Positions 58,579-64,000 of a stretch of 64,000 nt of DNA are shown one piece after another. Made by a program: the position numbers and the translations under genes. The DNA is from a virus: IMG/VR virus record IMGVR_UViG_3300050343_000182, one strand, 5' to 3'. The notes beneath the pieces were generated by a model. The model saw only the letters and a program-made list of their open reading frames with translations, did not search any database and was not told the origin of the DNA. Every line of letters begins with the position of its first letter. Positions within the stretch are counted from its first letter, which is position 1.

Positions 58579-58851
58579 ATGCAACTCACAAACAACGTCA
58601 CCATCGTCGATTTCTTCCCTGAGGCATTTATTGCTGAGTCTGATGAAGTCAAAGGCATGAAAGTTGTCGTCAAGCGTTTTGTTAAGTGTGTCACATTTCG
58701 TGCTAATGGACAACAGTCTTACAGCACTGTGACATCACTCACAGCACGTAATGAGTGGGCAGAGCGTATCGCTGGAGGCGCTACAGTTACTGACTACCAC
58801 ACCGACAAGATCCCCGCTAATGTATATCGTCCGATGGCATGTGTGGGGTGA
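58579..58851 (+). CDS. Early hypothetical protein
   Basis: MQLTNNVTIVDFFPEAF; start downstream of the promoter. Confidence 0.7.
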   Translation: MQLTNNVTIVDFFPEAFIAESDEVKGMKVVVKRFVKCVTFRANGQQSYSTVTSLTARNEWAERIAGGATVTDYHTDKIPANVYRPMACVG

Positions 58852-58917
58852 TAACTAACATCGGGGGCAGCACAGTATTAAGCGTAAGACCTCCCACAAA
58901 CTCCTAATCAGGACACC

Positions 58918-59118
58918 ATGGCAACATTTACCCAACGACAATTAGAGTTAATTGCTGATGCTGTAGAGGACTATGCTGTGTTGATTGATGAGGACTCTGC
59001 TGATGAATGTGCAGAGATTCTTGATATCATTGAAGCACAGTTACAACAACCAGCAGATCCACAGGTTTCACTATATCGTGAAATCGTCAACTTTTACTCA
59101 AACCCCCTAAATTCATGA
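58918..59118 (+). CDS. Acidic early protein
   Basis: RBS AGGA. Confidence 0.68.
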   Translation: MATFTQRQLELIADAVEDYAVLIDEDSADECAEILDIIEAQLQQPADPQVSLYREIVNFYSNPLNS

Positions 59119-59315
59119 ATTACGACATCGACGAAAAGGAAACTTCACTAGATAACATGGGTGACACATTGCTGGAAGCAATGAGACTCTGCATCGAAGA
59201 TTCACGTCCAACTGATGCTAAAAGCATCTTAAATGAGTGGGTTGTTGATGGTCGCGATCCTATGGATGGTGAGTATGAGTTTATCTTCATCCCAAATAAC
59301 ACCTTGATTAGTTGA
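59115..59315 (+). CDS. Acidic early protein
   Basis: ATGA overlap. Confidence 0.68.
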   Translation: MNYDIDEKETSLDNMGDTLLEAMRLCIEDSRPTDAKSILNEWVVDGRDPMDGEYEFIFIPNNTLIS

Positions 59316-59319
59316 TGCA

Positions 59320-59505
59320 ATGTCTTTGAATAATACTGATAAACTGAGAACTGCATTACAGCAGATCAGAAACGTTGAGATCATCGCTGAGGATCTTATG
59401 CACAGCAGGCATATCCTCAAGCATACTAACGTTGTTAAGTATGAACTTCAAAGACAACTTGCACTCTCTAATGCACATCCAGATGACCTCACGAGCGACA
59501 CCTGA
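59320..59505 (+). CDS. Early hypothetical protein
   Basis: Helical 61 aa. Confidence 0.65.
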   Translation: MSLNNTDKLRTALQQIRNVEIIAEDLMHSRHILKHTNVVKYELQRQLALSNAHPDDLTSDT

Positions 59506-59509
59506 GACC

Positions 59510-59579
59510 GTGTGCCAATCGAGGCACTGTACCCAAAATCAGGGAAACCCGTTGCCAACGCCCTCTGTTCTGCTATCAT
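59510..59579 (+). promoter_or_regulatory. Early promoter with bipartite element
   Basis: GTGTGCCA-N7-CACTGTACCC ... TTGCCA-16-TATCAT. Confidence 0.72.
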
Positions 59580-59585
59580 TAGGGC

Positions 59586-59783
59586 ATGACAAACAAAACA
59601 ATGCTTCTCACTGACTCCGCTTTCATCCAGGCACTGCGCGACCTGCCTGCCTTCCTGCTCAGCACTGATGCTGATCTCGATATGGCATACGACTGGGTGT
59701 GCGAGATGTCTCGCCCCTTCGCAGGCGATCCCGCTGCCTTCGATCTCTTTTATGATGTCTACAACGAAACTTTTGACGCTTGA
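59586..59783 (+). CDS. Acidic early protein
   Basis: ADLDMAYDWVCEM..DLFYDVYNE. Confidence 0.68.
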   Translation: MTNKTMLLTDSAFIQALRDLPAFLLSTDADLDMAYDWVCEMSRPFAGDPAAFDLFYDVYNETFDA

Positions 59784-59815
59784 TTGAGTCTAACCTAATC
59801 ACACTATCTAACATC

Positions 59816-60157
59816 ATGACTGAAACCATCGACATTGATTACACCAAAGTGAGTGGCACTTCTATCCTCTACAGTGAGGACGTATTCATTCAATATGACT
59901 GCATTTATAATGATGCAGGCAAGAAAGTTCCTGCATTTCAGATCACTGAAAACATGGCAGAAGGTGCAAAGTATAGAGTAAATGCACGTCGTCAACAATA
60001 TACAGTAGATCACCAGTTGTTGTATATCTTCCCTCACATTATCCTGAGAGATACCATTGAGGAGTGCAAAGAATTCATCTTCAACTACATCAATGACCCT
60101 GTATCTCAAGCGATCTTCGATGATCAGCACCGCAACGCATTGGAGGCATCTAAGTGA
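59816..60157 (+). CDS. Early hypothetical protein
   Basis: ATG at 59816. Confidence 0.68.
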   Translation: MTETIDIDYTKVSGTSILYSEDVFIQYDCIYNDAGKKVPAFQITENMAEGAKYRVNARRQQYTVDHQLLYIFPHIILRDTIEECKEFIFNYINDPVSQAIFDDQHRNALEASK

Positions 60158-60312
60158 GACTTATCCTCGTCGCTATTGTTGTCATCGTTGGTGCTAATAT
60201 AGGCATCAGTGCTGTTAACAAGGTATCACAATTTCAAGACGCTAGAATGACACGACTCTGTGAATCTGTCCCTGATTATAGTTACAGCGACATGTGTGAA
60301 GACTACCGATGA
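60154..60312 (+). CDS. Small membrane/secreted protein (52 aa, not in track)
   Basis: GTGA overlap; MRLILVAIVVIVGANIGISAVNK..C..C. Confidence 0.62.
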   Translation: MRLILVAIVVIVGANIGISAVNKVSQFQDARMTRLCESVPDYSYSDMCEDYR

Positions 60313-60314
60313 GA

Positions 60315-60385
60315 GTGTGACAATCTACGAACCTGCACACTAGCACCCTTTTGGGGGTGCTTTTTCATGGGTTTTCCTGTATACT
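60315..60385 (+). promoter_or_regulatory. Early promoter with bipartite element
   Basis: GTGTGACA-N8-ACCTGCACAC ... TATACT. Confidence 0.6.
60342..60365 (+). terminator. Intrinsic terminator
   Basis: AGCACCC-loop-GGGTGCT-TTTT. Confidence 0.78.
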
Positions 60386-60412
60386 GGTTATAACAACAAA
60401 ACAAACAAGACT

Positions 60413-61651
60413 TTGATCACACTCCGTCCCCACCAGTCCCGCGCTCTTGATGCGCTTTGCTCCACTGGTCACGGTCAGGTGATCGTCCCTACGGGTGGTG
60501 GCAAGACCATCATCATGATCGAGCACGCTCGTCACCTGCTGACGCACGGACCTCGCACGATCGTCGTGGTTGCTCCGCGCATCCTGCTCGCTAATCAACT
60601 GAGCGATGAGTTCATGCAGCACATCAGTGGCACATGGACACACGTCGCACACTGCCACAGCGGTGAAACACATCATTTCTCTACTACTAAGAGCGACAAA
60701 CTTGCTCTCTTCAATAACACTGCGCGAGCAGCAAATGAGTCTTGCATTATATTCACGACTTATCACTCTTTGCGCCGTGTTGTAGATAGTGGCATTGATG
60801 TTGATGCTATTTACTTCGATGAAGCACACAACGCCTGCACACGTAATTTCTTCATTCCTGTTGCTGCGATGACTGAAATTGCAGATATGAAGTATTTCTT
60901 CACTGCAACACCTCGCATCTCTAATAAGCACGATCGTGGCATGAATAACGTCGCTATCTTCGGTCCTGTCCTCTGTAATGTCCCTGCACCTGAGTTGATT
61001 GAAGGCGGTCACATTCTTCCCCCTACGATTGTCCCTTTCGAGACAGATCACAGCGTAGACAAGAAGAATCCTCACCTCGTCCACAGTAACACTGTGCAAG
61101 ATGTGATTGACGGTCTTGATGATGCTGCTGCTAGTAAAGTGTTGATCGCAGTACCATCCAGTCGTGTGCTAGGTAACATCCTAGGCAGCACAGATCTCCT
61201 CCATGAGTTGTCTGAGCGTGGATATGATGTGCTCCACGTTACATCTAAATTCGGTGCATATGTCAATCGCACGAAGGTATCGCGTGAGGTATTCTTTGAG
61301 ACGTTGACACAATGGGGCAAAGAAAAGGATCGCAAGTTTGTACTCTTTCATTATTCTATTTTGTCTGAGGGCATCAACGTTCCTGGATTGACTCACGTCA
61401 TCATGCTCAGGAATCTCAACGTTGTCGAGATGGCACAAACGATCGGCAGGGTGATCCGCTTAGACCGTGACGACGCTGAGCGCCTTCAGAGTGGCGCTCT
61501 GCTGCCTCAGCAGTGGGCACTATACAACAAACCGACAGGATTCGTCACTGTCCCCGTGCATCGTAATTACGGCGCTCAGGTGATCAAGCGCCTTCAGCGT
61601 ATTGTGGATGAAATCTTTGTTAAGGGTATCCCTGCAACCGCTCTTGTGTGA
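60413..61651 (+). CDS. Superfamily 2 helicase (ResIII/DEAD-like)
   Basis: PTGGGKT; DEAH; TATP; SEGINVP; QTIGRVIR; TTG start. Confidence 0.92.
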   Translation: MITLRPHQSRALDALCSTGHGQVIVPTGGGKTIIMIEHARHLLTHGPRTIVVVAPRILLANQLSDEFMQHISGTWTHVAHCHSGETHHFSTTKSDKLALFNNTARAANESCIIFTTYHSLRRVVDSGIDVDAIYFDEAHNACTRNFFIPVAAMTEIADMKYFFTATPRISNKHDRGMNNVAIFGPVLCNVPAPELIEGGHILPPTIVPFETDHSVDKKNPHLVHSNTVQDVIDGLDDAAASKVLIAVPSSRVLGNILGSTDLLHELSERGYDVLHVTSKFGAYVNRTKVSREVFFETLTQWGKEKDRKFVLFHYSILSEGINVPGLTHVIMLRNLNVVEMAQTIGRVIRLDRDDAERLQSGALLPQQWALYNKPTGFVTVPVHRNYGAQVIKRLQRIVDEIFVKGIPATALV

Positions 61652-61715
61652 CAATCTAACAACTGTACCCAATATTGGGTTTAGACGTTGGCAGCGTCCC
61701 CAAAACTGCTATAAT
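61646..61715 (+). promoter_or_regulatory. Early promoter with bipartite element
   Basis: GTGTGACA-N7-AACTGTACCC ... TTGGCA-16-TATAAT. Confidence 0.75.
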
Positions 61716-61771
61716 TAAAACAACGAGGGGCACAGAAGACCGCCTCTCACAACTCTACTAAATCTCTCATC

Positions 61772-62098
61772 ATGCGTAAGATCGAAACTCAAATGAATCA
61801 AGCGGTTGCTAACTCCACAAACTGGACATCAGGCAACACCACAGTTCATTTCAATGAGGAAGAGAATCTCTCAATCGTAAGACTTCACGGCAACAAAATT
61901 GCTGAGATTGGTGATGACTTCCTTCGCATCTTTGATGGCGGTTGGCAGACTGTAACCACTAAATCACGTCTAAACGCTATCATCGACCGCTTCTGCAATG
62001 CTGCCACTGATGGAGTATTTCAAAAGAATTATCAGTGGTTTGTGCGTGACAACAACCAAACCGTTGATTTTGTTAACGGTTACACCTTCGCAGAATAA
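61772..62098 (+). CDS. Early hypothetical protein
   Basis: VRLHGNKIAEI..DGGWQTVTTKSRLNA. Confidence 0.78.
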   Translation: MRKIETQMNQAVANSTNWTSGNTTVHFNEEENLSIVRLHGNKIAEIGDDFLRIFDGGWQTVTTKSRLNAIIDRFCNAATDGVFQKNYQWFVRDNNQTVDFVNGYTFAE

Positions 62099-62226
62099 TG
62101 TCAAACATCAATAACGAATCGATCCTTGAATCTATCTTTGAAGAGGTTCAAGAAGACTTTCCTACATTAGAATTACTCACTCAAGAGTTAATCGCAATCA
62201 AACGTTTTGAGGACCTTGCACAATGA
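62098..62226 (+). CDS. Small acidic protein (42 aa, not in track)
   Basis: MSNINNESILESIFEEV; TAATG and ATGA overlaps. Confidence 0.65.
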   Translation: MSNINNESILESIFEEVQEDFPTLELLTQELIAIKRFEDLAQ

Positions 62227-62441
62227 GTTTAATCATCTCACGCAAACTAAGAACAAAGACCTTCTACATTTCTGACGGGGTTGCATATCGCTCACGCAGA
62301 ATGCATAAGTTTCAACTATCACCCGCAGACAAGTATTACCTATACAAAACTACCAACTACATAGATAAGATTTGGACATTCTTCACACCTTTTGAAAGGT
62401 CAATTCCTGATCAATCGAATCTATCACTGACACTTAAATGA
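62223..62441 (+). CDS. Hypothetical protein
   Basis: ATGA overlaps at both ends. Confidence 0.55.
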   Translation: MSLIISRKLRTKTFYISDGVAYRSRRMHKFQLSPADKYYLYKTTNYIDKIWTFFTPFERSIPDQSNLSLTLK

Positions 62442-63070
62442 CATCCTCACAATTATCTGATCACCTAGATGATGCAGTAACTCAAGAGACTTACGGTCTC
62501 TTCCCTATACCTATCACCCGATACTCTGCACCTAATCATGAGGATCTAAAACAACAAATCCTTAATTGGATGAGTAAAGAAGATTTACTCACTGATCATA
62601 ACAGAAATGCAATCTGCCACAATGTCTTACAAGTAGGACCTAACAATAAACTACTTAATGACATCCCCATCTTGGCAGAAACTCTCATTAACGCTGTCAC
62701 ACTACATAACACCAACTCCCTCAAGTATGCAACCAAATTCGCATTCTCTGATTCATACCTTGAAATTGCTAACAAAGACGCAATCTATGCTCCTCATGAG
62801 CATTCTAATTGCCTCTACTCTCTCACCTACCTTGTTAACTACGATGACAAACAACACGCTTATATGAAGTGGAGAAGATCCGTTGCTTCTAACTATTATC
62901 CCGTTATTCAACTAGACACACAAGAACTATCACCATACAATATGACAGAGGCAACATTCAAACAGTCAGAGGGAGACATATTAATCTATCCCTCTAATAT
63001 CACTCACGGGTATGACTCTAACCCCTCTGATCAACGTATCACCCTAACAGCAAACCTCGTCCCTATCTAA
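62438..63070 (+). CDS. 2OG-Fe(II) oxygenase (TIGR02466-like)
   Basis: LFPIP; HEHSN; YPSNITHG; RITL. Confidence 0.85.
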   Translation: MTSSQLSDHLDDAVTQETYGLFPIPITRYSAPNHEDLKQQILNWMSKEDLLTDHNRNAICHNVLQVGPNNKLLNDIPILAETLINAVTLHNTNSLKYATKFAFSDSYLEIANKDAIYAPHEHSNCLYSLTYLVNYDDKQHAYMKWRRSVASNYYPVIQLDTQELSPYNMTEATFKQSEGDILIYPSNITHGYDSNPSDQRITLTANLVPI

Positions 63071-63073
63071 TAG

Positions 63074-63138
63074 TTTTCCACATGTTTTCCACAGTTTCCG
63101 CATTATCTGTGGATAATTAAAATACTTAAATAAATATA
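63074..63138. repeat. DnaA-box cluster plus AT-rich tract (origin-like)
   Basis: TTTTCCACA at 63074 and 63085; TGTGGATAA at 63108; then ATAATTAAAATACTTAAATAAATATA. Confidence 0.6.
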
Positions 63139-63177
63139 CCTCCGAGAATTATATCTACGGAGTTATTGTTACCTTAG

Positions 63178-63206
63178 AGCGTAGCACAACGAGTTTTTTT
63201 TGTCAA
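63178..63206 (-). promoter_or_regulatory. Leftward sigma70 promoter
   Basis: TTGACA-17-TACGCT on the minus strand. Confidence 0.6.
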
Positions 63207-63243
63207 ACATACCGAGGACACTACACAAACCCACACAGACCAC

Positions 63244-63272
63244 TTGACAATCATGCCAATCAATCCTACAAT
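63244..63272 (+). promoter_or_regulatory. Rightward sigma70 promoter
   Basis: TTGACA-17-TACAAT. Confidence 0.82.
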
Positions 63273-63313
63273 CATTGAGTAGTTAACCAAAGACACTTTT
63301 GATCTGCTGACTA

Positions 63314-63481
63314 ATGGGAAGGACCTACAAACGAAATGATCTACACAACTCACGACGCCCCAAATCTATCAGAGAAAAGAGACAGTATTCAAAGACTAAT
63401 CGCACAGTGAGCGATGAGTTTTCCACAGACGAATCCACAGGCAACAAATCAATCAAACGACCCGAGGACTACAACCAATGA
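63314..63481 (+). CDS. Small basic protein (55 aa, not in track)
   Basis: MGRTYKRNDLHNSRRPKSIREKRQ. Confidence 0.62.
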   Translation: MGRTYKRNDLHNSRRPKSIREKRQYSKTNRTVSDEFSTDESTGNKSIKRPEDYNQ

Positions 63482-63585
63482 ATGAACTAGACACTGATTG
63501 GATTGATGACATTCTCGACGAGGATTCGCCTGAGTATGATGACATCAACGAAGACACCCTAGCAGACACTTACACTGATTCATGA
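63478..63585 (+). CDS. Very acidic peptide (35 aa, not in track)
   Basis: MNELDTDWIDDILDEDSPEYDDINEDTLADTYTDS; RBS GAGG; ATGA overlaps. Confidence 0.6.
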   Translation: MNELDTDWIDDILDEDSPEYDDINEDTLADTYTDS

Positions 63586-63749
63586 ATACAATCACGCTCG
63601 ACACTTCACCCCCTGTAGAGGTTAAACTATGGGAGAAGAGTAAACGTTACTTTTGGCGATACGATTACGAGGGTTGTCCTAAGAATGGTCCTTTTAAGTC
63701 TAAGCAGCAAGCAGTTAACGACGCACGCACATTCTCTGCACAACTATGA
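63582..63749 (+). CDS. Small hypothetical protein (55 aa, not in track)
   Basis: VKLWEKSKRYFWRYDYEGCPKNGPFKS. Confidence 0.65.
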   Translation: MNTITLDTSPPVEVKLWEKSKRYFWRYDYEGCPKNGPFKSKQQAVNDARTFSAQL

Positions 63750-63952
63750 CACAATCATCATCCCTATCTAATAAACTAGAAATGCTTCTAGAGTTATACG
63801 ATGAGGGACATCTACCACCCGATGAGCAAGTAGAACTAGCACAGGAGTTGATAGACTTAGATCTAGATGATGACCTAAGACAGTATCAACAATTCTGTGA
63901 CTATTGCATTGCTGAGGGTATGTGCTATGATGTAGATGTAGGGGACAGTTAA
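63746..63952 (+). CDS. Acidic hypothetical protein
   Basis: EQVELAQELID..YCIAEGMCY. Confidence 0.7.
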   Translation: MTQSSSLSNKLEMLLELYDEGHLPPDEQVELAQELIDLDLDDDLRQYQQFCDYCIAEGMCYDVDVGDS

Positions 63953-64000
63953 CGACACCTAGGACAGTGTTTTGGCGCTTGGTTGATGTTACCGCGAAGC

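Overview
This is a 64-kb segment of a T4-like marine cyanomyovirus (Kyanoviridae-type, Synechococcus/Prochlorococcus host). Order: psbD 3' end; 1535-aa virion protein; outer-membrane beta-barrel, glutaredoxin, thyX, phoH, exonuclease, gp33, gp32; baseplate/tail module (gp53, gp48, gp4, gp2, gp54-like, gp26/gp51, two tape-measure/hub-like genes, gp27-like, cp12, cpeT, gp5); tail-fibre and Gly-rich genes; two flavin halogenases plus seven 2OG-Fe(II)/JmjC oxygenases; a ParB/DGQHR + endonuclease + methyltransferase module; and an early region of small genes ending in an origin-like intergenic stretch. Best leads: (1) a -1 slippery site T TTT TTC that would fuse gp26 to the start-less gp51 frame just before the tape-measure-like genes (lambda G/GT- or P2 E/E'-like); (2) the three-gene restriction-modification-like module, whose two leaders share an 18-bp palindromic element; (3) cyanobacterial-type DnaA boxes beside an AT-rich tract and a leftward promoter; (4) helically phased bipartite early-promoter elements; (5) head-to-head gp48/gp4 genes, each carrying the other's late promoter; (6) two +1 frame breaks in one hub gene. 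All family assignments are from motif recognition; no database searches were run.
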